From Camelus dromedarius (Eukaryota): a stretch of DNA of 64,000 nt. Below the pieces are notes generated by a model. That model was not told the origin of the DNA and did no database searches. It saw nothing but the letters and a program-made list of their open reading frames with translations. Shown one piece after another: positions 1 to 12,372 of the stretch (position 1 is its first letter; each line of letters starts with the position of its first letter). Location of the stretch: contig NC_087437.1 of assembly GCF_036321535.1 (NCBI RefSeq), forward strand, positions 98,086,001 to 98,150,000, written 5' to 3'. Both the position numbers and the translations under genes were made by a program.

Positions 1-2946
1 ATCAAAACCATATGTAAAGAGGGTTTATTTTAAGAATAATTTTGCAGCAGTATGGGTGGAATTAATTCTCTTTTCATTACTAACTATGCTTCCTGAATTT
101 CTCCAGCCCCTTATATCCTTTACTATTACATGCCAGTTTTTCTTTTGCATATTTTCTGTTTTCATAAAATAGTGTATCGCAGTCATACTGTTTGAAAAAA
201 AAATCTCTAAATCTCCAAATAAGTTTTGTTTTCTTTTTATTACTTTTTAAATAATTTTACTTTGTTTCTGTTCTTTGTACTTTCTGTTATAAAATAATGA
301 AAACTCTGTTCTCGGAAATATCTTTACTTAAATTTTAATTTGATCTTGGGTAAATTCCAATTCATAGATTTCAAAGTTTGTTCTTTTCAGGCTTTTTTTC
401 CCCTCAGAAAACTAAGGCCAAAATAAATTTAAAGATTTTTTAAAATTGATTTTAATTTACTGAAGTGAATATTATGAATATTCTGCCTGTTTATGATGCT
501 GAAAGAAAACAATTAACATGAATTATAGATTAATTTCCCTTGATATCAAAGCTATGCCAGTCTTTCAATTGTAAAGTCCTGACTCAATTTATCCTCCACT
601 TATTTAACAGGTGTAGTCTCAGTACCAGAGATGTAGGTTTAAATAAAATTATTCTTAGAAGAAGGAAATGGAGTAGATAAACTAAAAATGCTTCCAGCAC
701 TCAACTTAATCTGATAAATTTTGTCTTAACCAACATAACACAGTCATGTTATCAGGGTATGTGACTATCTTTAGGGATTAAAATTCCAGGCACAAATCCT
801 TGGCTAAATATACCCTGTGGAAGTTTCCTTCATCAGGCCCAATACTCTTTAGGACTGAAATGCTGTTAATATAACATGTCACATGGAAATACCATTTTGA
901 AATGAAAATTGAGAGAAAGGGTCATTTTTTGTGGTCTTAGAGTTTGTAATAGATTCTTTAGAAGTCACTATCACTCCCACCTTGTATTTCCCTATATAGT
1001 CTCTTCTGTTTTATTGAAAGACGGTCTTTACCATTTCATCACTAGTATTCACTAAAATCATGGGTGACGAAGCACCTTGCTTTCGTTATTTCAATCAGCT
1101 TTACGGACAGCCTATCCTCAGGCACAGTAGACCACTCTTAAGTCGTTATGCAACTAACAGCTAAAACATAGTGTTTAAAATGAGAAAGAAATATTGTAGG
1201 TTGATATGTAGGGCACTAATTGCTTAGAAATACTCTGAGACTTCAAAGGAAGCTACTACACCCATAAAATTCAAGTCCACAAACTGTGGCCCTCTCTCTT
1301 CGACTAAATTTCTCCCTTCAATTTACAATGGCAACGACAGCCTTGGTCTCAGGCCATCAACTCTCTCTAGCACAGCATTAATCCCTAGGAAATGTCCTGT
1401 GACTCAGCTGCTCCTGCTGAAATGTCTGCTGAACTTCTTAGGTGCGTGCACATGCATGCGCACACACACACACACAGCACGAACACATAATCACTTAAGG
1501 ATCTGAGACATGTCAAAGCTGAAAAGTCTTCCATAAAGGCTGTCATTTTTGTTCTTGGACAAAGAACAGATCACTAATCGGAAGCACTTTTCTTCAGACC
1601 AAGATTTTTTGCTGCTTTGTCAGTGTGGCTATAGTAGAACTATTTGCCAATTGTTCCTAAATTTAAAGCAAAAACAAAAACAAGAACAAAAACCACCATA
1701 TTTTGTAGAAAGAAAGTTTAAGAAAATAGAATACTTGAAGAGGTTTATGGAAAAATTCATAACTAAAAATAATCTGTAATATAGTTATACCTTCTTTATT
1801 CTTTATAGATAAATATACAATAATCAAGAAGTAACATGTGCTTATTGAAGAGGTGGAGGGATGAATGGATAGGGGGATGAATGTCTGTCTTAGGGAATGA
1901 ATACAGCTGGCATCCATGAGGTGAGGACAGAATCCAATCAAAATATATTAGTAAAACATTTCCTATGTTATAATTAAAAGAAAATATCTAAAATAATCCC
2001 CAAATGTTTCACCTACTTATTTATTTATAATGGAGAAAACTGTAAATATTTTAAAATTAACTTAAAACTAATCACTAAAACATTATACAATCCTGGATAA
2101 AACTGAAATATTTCAAAGGAAAATTATTATTTTCAAAACAATTACTTTGTAAATCTATGAACTCTGTGAAAAAACAAAAGGCAAAATCTGGGCAGAATGT
2201 ATAATCCAATCATTAAACTCTTGAGTATAAAAGTACATTACAATTCCCTTTGTCCAAAAATACTAAAAAATATTTTTTAATTAAAAAAATCAGAAACTCA
2301 TAAATAATCAATAACTAATATGAGCAATTATTTCTTGTTACAGTAACATTGTAGAGAGAATACCAAGCAGATCAACTTTTTATGTTTTTGTTTATCTTTG
2401 CAAACTATTAAGACTTACTGTTTTATTCATTACCTTCTCAAAGTTAAGTAATTTTAATTATGAAGTCATTTATTATTAATAAATTTTCCTATACCTGGCC
2501 GCTAATTTGCTCTTCTTGGGACTTTTTTTAATGATAAAATGTATTTAATCTTGCATTAATAATCAAGCTTTTTCTCTTTAATTTTTAAGAAAACCTAAAA
2601 ATAACAACCATTAATATATTAGCGTTATTTTAGAAGGTTTTTGTGTGTGCTAATTTTAATATATTTTTGCATCCTTGTAGACATTAAAGACTTTCAAATA
2701 TTTTGCAATTGATTCTTTGCTTCAACAGGCAACTTAATTAGATTTCACTTCCTTTCTGCATGTCTGTGTATCTACACACACACATATATTCTATTAATAA
2801 TATATACATTCTATTCTATTAGTTTTTTCTTGTTAAGTAGACCACAATGCTCTGCTTATTTTAATGAAGAAAGAAGTAAATTTTTCTTACCTGCCCTTTA
2901 AACTATAGGAAAATGCAAAGTCAGCTAAACTAAATTTAGCAATTAC

Positions 2947-3033
2947 CTTTTAGCTGACAGAGTCTTCTGATATGGGAATCATTCTCATGCGTCCTGGGTT
3001 CCTGCCAAATTGTGTCATTCACAGTTTTTCCCT
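2947..3033 (-). CDS. SAMSN1: Coding exon (87 nt, phase 1-1), (E)GKTVNDTIWQEPRTHENDSHIRRLCQLK; gene continues beyond the left edge
   Basis: Acceptor tttgctttattttag|AG; donor AAG|gtaatt; open in the frame set by the preceding exon. Confidence 0.8.
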
Positions 3034-4764
3034 CTAAAATAAAGCAAAGGGTAGGTTAGCAGAATTTACAGTAACATCTGCCAGGTAAATGTAAGAAATT
3101 TGGTATCAGACAAGTTCAGCACACGGTTGTAACTTGGTAAGTGATATATTAAGTGTTGTGGTCCATTTTGGGGAGTTCTGGTCCCTGATGGACACCCCTA
3201 GATGTCCTGTGGGCTCCCATTTATTTCCATGAACTACATAAGGACCCAAGCATATATAATAGAAGGTTGCTGCTGAAATTCCTCTTGATAGCTTATGATT
3301 ACATTATTTTGATGTATTTTTCCTGAATTAATAACCATTTATTTTTTATACATCAATTGAAGTAGCCCCACTCTCCACATTCCTCATTGTTTTTAATAAA
3401 ATAATTAAGTGTGTAGAGAGAACACTGAGCTGGGGTAGTTTCAAGAAACTCTAAGATCCTTTACTGGGAGAACCATGATTTTCTCAGCCTCGTCCTTCCA
3501 ACAGCTGGAGCAGGTCTGGGCACATTGTAAAGAACTGAACTGCCCCAAATTGAAGAGCTGGAATCCTTCTGAATCTGCTTACAGATGACTAATCCTCCTA
3601 CATGTTGTATCATACCACTGATGAAACAAATTTTAAATAATGCAACCAAAGCATCACACGGAAACAAACTCGACATGCTGTGCTGGTTTTAAAGGCGCTA
3701 TTTGCTCTCATATTTGACTACAGAGAAGGCAGGTGATCATCAAGAATTATGTCAGCATGGAAATATCTAGAGTTTTGTGTGCACAGACTGAATTTGCTAT
3801 GAGAGTGGCATATATAAATGGAAAATAAGAGTTTGCCTTACTTCCTTTTATTTAAGAACATACAATCTTCAAATCAAGGCTGATATTCAAAATATTTAGC
3901 AACTAGTGCCACAGGGCCTTGACTAGTGAGATGGGACTCAGCCCCCACAGATGCTGCCACGGGAAGAGGATCAGACCCAATTAAAACGCAGATGCCCGTG
4001 GTAGATGCATCCGTGGTGATCATCACTCTGCCTGAGCGAGCTTTTCATATTCTATCCAGGAAACTGGTTTTGAAAAGAGGGAGAAGGGCATTTGAAGATT
4101 CAACTCCTAGGCTCTACTGGGGAGAAAGAAAAAGAGGTACCCACAAATGTGACAAACTGCACAAAAATGAATTATTGATTGAATAATCCAATTGTTTTGT
4201 CACTGTGAATGTTTTGTAATTAGTGACTCCCTGTATCTGTAAGGGAGAGACACCATCCATTAACTTTCTAAAAATAATTAGATATTTACTTTAGAATTAA
4301 AATGTAAGTCAACCCATCTTTATTTTTATTGTAAATTGCTATAATCACAGAAACTAAAGAAAAGCTCTGGAGCTTGAAATGCTTGAAAAAGTCTTTTATA
4401 ATTCAACTATTTTTGGCTTCTTTTATTCATTCCTAGATTCATAGATCTGAAAAGATATCTAAGAGGTCACCAAGCTAAAGTTGGGAAGCTGGGAGATAAT
4501 CAGCCGATACACCACTGTAAAGAATTATTTTTTAATATGAAAGGAAATTATTCTGAATAAATCAATGGTTTATTTGTCATAGCCACTTAAAATTAGAATG
4601 GGACCACATTTCTTTTTTTAAAAAAATTTCTTCTAATGAATTCAAAGACAAATCATTTGACTTTCATTAATCACTTATTATTGCTTTATGGGATTATCAG
4701 AAGAAAGTCACTTTTAGACAAATAGAACATAACATTTGCATGAATAGTATTCTGAATTACTAAC

Positions 4765-4802
4765 CAAATACTTTGCTTTCAGACATAGATCTCTGGATTG
4801 AC
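4765..4802 (-). CDS. SAMSN1: Coding micro-exon (38 nt, phase 2-1), (K)SIQRSMSESKVF(E)
   Basis: Acceptor tttcttttgttcttctag|G; donor TTG|gttagt; phases match both neighbours. Confidence 0.78.
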
Positions 4803-5209
4803 CTAGAAGAACAAAAGAAACATATTTAAGTCATGATTTAATAAATTATATTTTAAATGAAACATAAATTAGATCACCCAAACATGTGTGCAATGCCTTG
4901 AAGAGCAGAAATAAATTCTACCTCTTAAGTTCTACATATGGTCCTGAATTTTCCTGACCCTAGATAGCAAAGTACAATTTATACAAGTATAATCTTGGCT
5001 TGCAAATTTCCATGTGATAGGGAGAAACTAACACTTATAACCACCCCCCCCCAAAAAAGAATAGGCCATTTTTACATAAATTTTTCTCAAGGTAACTAAA
5101 TAGTTAATGTGGAAAAGTTCTTTTAAAAATAATTCTGTTCAAAACAAACAAACAAACAAAATAAATAAAAAAAATAAAATAAAAATAATTCTGTTCAATA
5201 AATACAGAA

Positions 5210-6085
5210 ATAATGTTACAAATTGAATATAACCATTGTATAATCCCTAATAAAACAGTAACTCTGGGCAGTTATTATTTCCAATCACCAATTGCTGTCC
5301 AAGCTTTTAACTGAAAGGCCAATGGGCAACTTTGTGCTGGATGATCAGTCTGATACCATCTGAATCCACGAAGCAATTTCACAGTCATAAAGATAGAGAC
5401 AACCAGCTATATGGGCTTCTGGGGTAATGCAACAGCAAGTACAGTCACTGATGACCTACTTTTAAAATATAGAGAGAGAGATAGCAGACTTGAATCTTAT
5501 CAGCCCTCAAGATCTAACTGAAAACTTACGGGAAACAGAGGAGAGAACACGTGTTTTAAAAAAAAACAAAAAAACCCCCAAAAACCCAAGGATGCAATCA
5601 GTAAAATTCAAAATATGAAAAATTCCTCTAAACAATCTAGTTTCCTTAACAAATAAATGAGGAGAGAAGCCTATAAATGAAGAGACATGAATGAAATGCA
5701 TTGCATGGATCTTGTTTGGATTATGATTCAAATAAACTCACCACTATAGAAAAGCACTTGAGGCTATCAGAGACATTTTAACATTGACTATATTTGGTGA
5801 TATTATGTTGTTTTTCTTTATTTTGTTCTAGTGCAGTAGTGGTAATCTGGTTATGTTTAAAAAAAAAACAGTTCTTGTTTTTAAGGATATATATTGAAAC
5901 ATGAAATCAGATGTATGGGATCTGCTTTAAAAAAATAAAAACCTTAGTGGTGGTGGGAGAGTGGAGTCAAATGGGTCGAGATGAAATAAGATGGACTATA
6001 AATTGATACTTGTTTAAGTTTGGTGACGTGAGCTCATCATTATTTCTTCCTCTGTGTATAATTGAAAATTGCCATAGTAAAATGT
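5210..6085 (+). mobile_element. Old L1 (L1ME-type) 3' end fragment
   Basis: L1ME 3'UTR-like motifs (GGATCTTGTTTGGATTATGATTCAAATAAAC, GGGATCTGCTTTAAAA, TTGAAAATTGCCATAGTAAAA). Confidence 0.7.
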
Positions 6086-7574
6086 CTAAGACAGAAACAG
6101 AGGAAAGGGCTATACTGACTCACCCACGTTAACCAATTTTCACATTAGGTGAACTCACACATGTACATAGAACTAACTAACTTTGCTGCAGCTTGAATGT
6201 TTGTCACTATTCACATTCTTTTCAAAAACCTGCAAAGGTAATGTTTCTTTTTTTCCTAACCACTTTGGTTTGTTTTAAATTTTTTTTAAATTCAAAAATG
6301 CTTATACAGAACATTACTTGGCAAAACAGCAAATGTTCCCCAAAACCTATTTGTAATATGATAAAGTGAAGTAGGTGCATACCATGAGGGGAGTGGTAGA
6401 CCAATGAACTGAGGAACTCAAGAGAGCTTTCAATTTGATTTTAGCTGGTTGGGGTCTGAAGAACGTATTCATTGATTTGGTTTAAGTTTGATTTATTTTA
6501 CTGATTTGAAAAATCCACATTCAGTAAGCACCAGGTACTTTCCCTCTCATTCATCCTCCTCTGCCCTTCCATGTTTGGGTATCATCTCATCTGTAGAAGC
6601 ACCAATCATAAGCCAAGAGCTGTGATTTTGTTTAAGTATTTGATTTGGGATTAGTCAGTTCCTTATCCAGGGATACAGTAAACAGCTACACAGGTGGGGC
6701 GATTTTTAAGACTAAGAACCCTGCTAAAAAATTCCTTCTTTACTCCTGCACATGCTTAATGCCACTGCTGCAGTTTAAGTAGCTAACTGGGCTGAAATAC
6801 AACTCGCCTTGCCTGGCAGGTGCTCTAAGCTGTTAATCATGCAATTACCTACTTACAGTGGATGCATTTTATATCCTTACTGGGAGAAAGCTTTGAGCAG
6901 GAAAGGGAGGAAGGAACATGAAAGCACAAAGTGCTTTGGGAGAGGAGGTGTTGGGGCAGGGGAAGCAAAAACTGTCGAAAAAGCCTACATGCAGAAAGAA
7001 GTGCACATATTAACAATTCGGTCTCAGACCATGCTGGAGTGCAAGGAAGCCAATTCTCCTGTAGCATTGGCAACCAATCTGGAAATTTCCCCATAAACCA
7101 ACTTCCTGCCCCTATGCATTTCCTGCTTATTAGTTAAAAATCCCATTACCTTATGCAACATGTGTGTGTCACGTCCTCTGGCAGCTTGATGTGCTGAATA
7201 TAAAGCCAAGCCTGACCTAAATAACCCAAATCTCTTTGCAAACACATTTTTATTTGGATTAGAATAACTCTCAGAAGATTAGTAGGTCACCGATAGAAAC
7301 ATGTTTTCGAGTAGGCTCCCACTTTAATCAGAGCCTAGTTTAGACACGTGTTTCTTCTTCTGAAAATGTAATTTTCACATCCCTGTCTACAGGAATGTCA
7401 CAACATAGGTTTTCTATGCATCAGCATAAACATAAGTGGTAGCAGAGTAAAACATACCTGGATTTGTACATGACAATTTTTTAAAAAGCACTTTGGCAGG
7501 AAACCCACCCGAATACTCATTCAACATTACCAAACTTAAGAGAATACAGAGTTTTCAAAGTAAATTTGACTTAC

Positions 7575-7612
7575 TTCCTTTTTGGTTTTGCATTCTCAAA
7601 ATTAGAAACTTC
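7575..7612 (-). CDS. SAMSN1: Coding micro-exon (38 nt, phase 0-2), EVSNFENAKPKR(K)
   Basis: Long pyrimidine tract ending ttttacag|GAA; donor GAA|gtaagt; in frame with the exons on both sides. Confidence 0.8.
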
Positions 7613-8415
7613 CTGTAAAATAAAATAAAAAGTAAAAGAAAATGAATAGAAATCAGAAAGAGAATTCAAGTATAGTTTATCTTTGAGTGTAATCCAAATG
7701 TAGTTCATTTTGCTTTTCCTAGTAATTTAGTAGTCATATTTAGTAGAATCTTGGTTCTAGTTTTCACTTTTTTCTCCCTTTGTCTTTGTAACTTTGAGAA
7801 ATGTATATCTTATTCTAAGCCCTTGACAGTTAATAAAGCAAGTCTTTTAAGTAAAAACACGTAATGAAATCCTAATAACCTCCACTTTCGACCCCCCATG
7901 AGCCCCCCAACACTGAGGGGAGAGACACAAGTCAGAGTACGTTAATTGCATCACAGGTACCTTACCCTGAGAAAGACGGAAAGTAGCCTATCACAATCCC
8001 CCGAGTGTGCTGAAACACACCTCTGATTCATCTGGCCTTTCTCTTCAGAGAAGCTGATATTATGTAAAATCCCTTACACTTTTTACAGAAGAACACGTCA
8101 CCACATCTTTCACCATCCTTGAACGAGCTTGAACTGCTCCCAGGCGCCCTTAAGAACTCTCTTCAGATTCTCTCCTTATCATTCCCCTACTCTTTCATCT
8201 AAAAATCATTTACGCTTTGGATGTTCAAAGTGTGTTTTGAACACCTACTGTAGGATAGGCAACAGACAACATTCTGAAGAGTTTTGCTTGGCGTGGTAGG
8301 AATTTGTGTAGTAAAGAACATTGGGACCAATATTCCCCACACAGAGAAAAGTGCAAATGCAAAGACTGGAAGGACTGGTGGACAAAAATAAGGAGAAAGA
8401 AAGCTGGCTTGCTGT

Positions 8416-8506
8416 TTTTTTTTAATTGAAGTATAGTTGACTTACAGTATTATATTAGTTTCAGGTGTTAAACATAGTGATTTTTTTTTATTATAGATTA
8501 TACTCA
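8416..8506 (-). mobile_element. L1 3' terminal fragment (L1MA9/artiodactyl-type)
   Basis: T-tract followed by AATTGAAGTATAGTTGACTTACAGTATTATATTAGTTTCAGGTG. Confidence 0.75.
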
Positions 8507-10260
8507 AAGTTGGTTTTACTATTCCAGTGATTGATAATATTAGTCTGTGCACTGTGAAATCCAGGATAACCTTCCCTCTACACAGTAACTGACAGAGCCC
8601 TTTCTCAAACCCTTACTGTGTTTCTATCAAGATTTAACTTCAAGGGCAATTTGAATTACTTATTTCAAATTGAGTAGAACTGAAAGCACATATGCTGAAG
8701 CAATCAGTCCCCAAACTTGAGGAACAACTTTTTTGAGTTGAAATGCCTGTGGATCACCCAGAGAAGAACGTCTTGTAGAAGAGAGGTGAGGGTGGAGGAG
8801 AAGATACAGGAGTAATGAACCAAGCCCTGAGCTGAGTTGGGATCTCAATGGAACTCTGAGGAGGTAATGGGCAGATTGACCACTCCTTCGAGTCTCTGTG
8901 CTTCATCATCATGTGTCCTAAAAATAATCAATCTCTGTTTTTAGTCTTTTTATGAAATTCTTTCAGTCGGTCTAGATGTCTCCAAACTTCAGCCTAGAAG
9001 CTAACTGTATCCCTTTCATCACAGTCATCAGACACAGCAGCTCTGTGAGAGTCATCAGGAAAGAGGATGGCCATCCATCTTTGTAGTCATATTTTCCTGT
9101 CACATGTATTTGGAGTTTAGCTAGGAAGGGGCAATAATCTATGCTGTCTGGGCCAGACATCTCTGAATAATCATAATCCTGAGTCTCATTAATTGTTGTG
9201 TGAGTTTAAATAAATCTCTTTGGATTATAGATCTTGCACTCTTCAAAAGGACTCTACCTCTTTTGAGCATATAGAGAAGAAGTGTCTGGTCTAGAGTTAA
9301 CCAGTACAAAAGGTGAATTTGAAATAAGAAAGACAGAAAACAGTAGGTATCTTTTGTATTTGTTATCATTTGAATCACACTATTTTTTGAGCCAACTTAT
9401 TATATCAATAATTCATTGCCTATGCTACCAAAGAGATTAATTCCAGATGACACAAAACTCGTGTGCAATTGCATCCCAAGTATTTGACTTGGGACAGACG
9501 GCATATTACTCAAGCGCTGTCTTCTGCTTCACCTGGGTGAAGCCTTGGTTAAGTTAGTGCAATCAGGGATTGGAACCACGCAGCACTGGTTAAATACGCC
9601 TGGCTGCTAATGGTGGTGAAAGGAACACAGTTAGCTTCTGAGCTGAGGTTTGGAGACATCGGGACCAAGACTGAAAGAATTTCATATGACTGTGGATAGA
9701 AACTGGTTATTTCTAGTACATATATTGTCCTAACATTCTCTACGGACTATCTGCTTTGTTCTGTTTTACTGGACCCCTGGTCATCCAATTTCTGCTTATA
9801 ATGAATCAGCTTAGGCTTGGGGATCTTTTATTAAAGAGTTTCTTTGTAATGAACACATTGAAAAAGATATTGAGGTCAAACTTCTTTCTAATCCCTACTA
9901 GGATGAAAGAGTTAATGTAGTTCTCCTCAGGAAACCTGCTTCCTACAAGTGGGTGGGGAGAGTCGAGCACGTTAAATGTGTGTCTGAAGTGCGATTATGA
10001 GAAGGAAAGGGATTGTGCAAACAGGGCGGCATCCACTTAAATAGAGTACACATCTGGTCCCTGGGTGTTGCTTAGTCGTAGGTGATTACTGACTTGGTTA
10101 AGCAATTTTTAGTACTGCTTGTACTGGACTCAGAGCAGCTGCTTTCAATTCTGACTTCTGCTTACATGATATCCTTTGGAGTTCAGACCCTAAGTTCTTT
10201 ATTTCTGGAGGTCCAAATTGAAGAAAGACTATACACAGCTTTATTCTTAGACCTATATCT

Positions 10261-10322
10261 GTGTGCATGTGTATGGGTGTGTGTGTGTGTGTGTGTATGT
10301 GTGTGTGTGTGTGAGAGAGAGA
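10261..10322. repeat. (TG)n(AG)n microsatellite
   Basis: Read directly from the sequence. Confidence 0.95.
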
Positions 10323-11159
10323 TACTCAGAACTACAAAAGGAAATATCACTTCAGAGAGTCAATGAAATAATTCTGTCTGGTCCATTAATTGAACGCTTG
10401 CCATAAATACCAGGTAAAGCTTACTCCTCTTAGCCTTCATTATCCCTTAAATCAAGCACTAATCATTGACCTTACCTTTCATTCACTAGGGAGTTAGTGG
10501 CTTAATTTAAATTTTACCCCTGGAAATTTTTAGGAAAATAAAAAAATGAAATATAGACAAATTATTATGAATAGGCCATCAGAACTAAAGGACAGGCCAC
10601 CTGTGTTATTTTTCAAGTAGATGAGAGTGGGCTCTAAGAGCAAAGCATTATCATATAACTGTTAAACAAGGTCAAAATGGGGAAAATTAAAGCAGTGGGA
10701 AATAAAGAAAGGGAAGAGGTTATTTAAAAGAAGAGAATGTTTGGACGCTAACTACCATATTTCTATTTTCATGCAGTACTTACAGTCAGCTGTCCTTTGG
10801 GGTTGAGTCTAATATGTGCCTGTTTCTTGCATTATTGGTTTTTAAATCTTACTTTCAAATCACAAAGTCAAAAGGAAAAATGAAGTGAATATGTCAAGAG
10901 TTGTTGTTGCCGAGCTAATGGAAATGTGAAAGGTGTTTCTGCACAGAGAATATTGATTGACAGTAAATGATGGTGTAAATCCCATGGTGAATTTTTAAGA
11001 CTGAAGAGCTGATGAGATCTGACCTTTGATTTGCAAATGAATAAATTGAGGTCTCAAATGGTAAATTGACTTGTCTAGGGTCATACATACAGTGCTTTAC
11101 CTTGATTAAATGCTAGTCATTTTTTTTTCATCCTAATACATTCCTTTGGAATTGTATAA

Positions 11160-11240
11160 TTCATTCATTCATACATTCACAGTTCATTCAACAAACATTT
11201 ATTGAACATCTGCTATATGCCAGACATTGTTTTAGAGGCA
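11160..11240 (-). mobile_element. L2 3' end
   Basis: TTCATTCAACAAACATTTATTGAACATCTGCTATATGCCAGACATTG. Confidence 0.7.
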
Positions 11241-12189
11241 AAGAAGAATTACAAGTGGTCTCTCTTTCAAATATCTGCCATCAATGACTGCTGATCTCAG
11301 GATCCTGTTAGATTCTCTGATGTTCTTAATTTTGAAGATTAAACAACTTAGCCTTTATAAACTCTTACGTGATTCCAAACACACTGAAGATACTTACAGA
11401 TGTTATTTCTCATTAGGTTAACTGTACATTAGCAGTTACATAGAACCCTGATATCGAGGCAAGATTTGAATATAAATATAAACACACATACATATTTGTA
11501 TACATATGTTTAACTTTGTATTTAAATAAGTTAACCCAACTTCTGTTTTAACCAACTCACTCTCTTGCGAGAATGATTATTCACTTGCATAACGGAAATG
11601 ATTTTCCCAATATTAAAATACAGTGATTCCAAGAATGTCACAACCAAACTGGTAGAGCCTGAGTTTGCACATCTCTTGGCCTCCTGGGCTTCAATAAAGT
11701 TACCACAGATGTTCAAAAAAAAGACATGGAAATTAGTAGAAGTTCCCTTAAAAATTTTTTTGAATAGACATCTGGCAAAGAGGATGATTATGATGCTTCA
11801 AATTTAATAAAGTAGGCCAATTTTGCAGTGCACTGAAAGCCACCAGAAAGATGAAAAAACATACATCCAGGTATCAGCTCTGTTCTCAAAACAAGGTGGA
11901 GGTTTGTGTGACTGGAAAACAAACCATTACCCGTGTAAAGGAGTCCCATCACACCCATGAGTTCTTCCACCTTGCCGCTACACCTGATTACAAAAGTGGG
12001 GGAAAATCGCATGAAGTCTTCTGAGTTATCGAATAGATCACACAGCAAAGAGAAATATTAGTAAATCTAGCAAGTCTGAGCCCAGTTGATTACAGCAAGT
12101 TGCTAAGAATGATAAGACTTTAAATTCTATTGCTTTTCTAATTTCTTGATTTAACACATTTACAGAATAATGGCAGAACCCTCATGGAT

Positions 12190-12372
12190 TTAGCAAGCAC
12201 AGTTCTAAATGCTTTACGTGTAGTAATTCATTTAATCTTCAAAATAATCCTGTGAGGTTGATACTATTATAATTATCTCCAACTTACAGATGAATAAACT
12301 GAGGCACAGAGCATTAAATTCTTGCCTGAGGTCACATATCCAGAAAATGGTAAAATTGGAATTTTATTCCTG
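12190..12372 (-). mobile_element. MIR SINE
   Basis: MIR core TTACAGATGAATAAACTGAGGCACAGAG...GAGGTCACA. Confidence 0.8.
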
